A stretch of DNA of 64,000 nucleotides from Paragordius varius (lineage: Eukaryota; Animalia; Nematomorpha): contig OZ176052.1 of the NCBI GenBank assembly GCA_964247055.1, forward strand, positions 12,276,001 to 12,340,000, read 5' to 3'. Below the pieces are notes generated by a model. That model was not told where the DNA came from and did no database searches. It saw nothing but the letters and a program-made list of their open reading frames with translations. This document shows, piece by piece, positions 63,506 through 64,000 of this stretch. Both the position numbers and the translations under genes were made by a program. The first letter of the stretch is position 1; each line of letters begins with the position of its first letter.

Positions 63506-64000
63506 CACTTGGATACAACACAATCATTTTAGTCCTTCGATTCAAATTGGGGTAGTTGGATAGCCCAAGTCTGTTTAAAATTAAATACTTTAAAAATTAT
63601 GGATATAGAAACCATGGCAAAATTTTGCACTTATATGACATTAATAAACCGGAATATATAAAAAACTTTTTTCAAAAATACTTGTTATTACTTATTTTAA
63701 GGCAAAACCCAAATGTAAAAATTTAGTCAACGTGACATGTGTGCATTGGTTAAATTTAAAAATAATACAAAAAACCATTTTTTCTATTTATATCTATGTT
63801 AGATGTGATTTAAATAGTAAATTATCTTTAATTAAGCCCTGAAAAATAAATAACAACGATATTTTGCAAAATAAAAATGGCGTCGTTTGGCATGGAACTT
63901 TTTTTCGAAACAAATTTTTATTAAAATATTTTAGCTTATTTATATAATTTTTTTAAGATAGCAGCATAAATTTAAATTAGGACCGTTTTTTCAATTTTAA
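63506..64000 (+). mobile_element. Second copy of the TTAA MITE, running off the window end
   Basis: TTAA|CACTTGGATACAACA..., colinear with 55863-56360. Confidence 0.8.

Noticed and set aside
1-64000. Ciliate, microsporidian or prokaryotic origin, or an alternative genetic code
   Set aside because: TAA and TGA act as stops in RPL37, SYCE2-like and USP genes. Multi-intron genes plus SYCE2-like and VIPAS39-like genes point to an animal.

Overview
This is very AT-rich eukaryotic nuclear DNA in the standard genetic code, most likely from a genome-reduced animal. Conserved genes have 21-25 nt GT-AG micro-introns: I could splice 11 of them by hand in RPL37, a VIPAS39-like gene, a SYCE2-like gene and a USP gene. 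Dicyemids are known for introns of this size; myxozoans and orthonectids are alternatives, and the taxon cannot be fixed from this window. Layout: (1) 0.5-5.9 kb holds two head-to-head hAT-Blackjack-type elements, apparently sitting inside a VIPAS39/spe-39-like gene. (2) 6.0-7.8 kb is a very compact island of VIPAS39-like, RPL37 and SYCE2-like genes. (3) 8-17 kb is a transposon graveyard with hAT, mariner, Helitron and a 58-bp minisatellite. (4) 17-62 kb holds three copies of a two-gene module, a USP deubiquitinase plus an orphan proline-rich protein. Two copies are direct tandem units (A about 17-33 kb, B about 33.5-46.3 kb) and one is an inverted unit (C about 52-62 kb), separated from B by a decayed Ty3/Gypsy element. 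Only USP-C keeps an intact catalytic triad and frame, and only the B orphan gene looks fully intact. Several insertions have both filled and empty sites inside the window, which gives their relative order. All homology calls come from recognising motifs by eye against remembered sequences; no searches were run.
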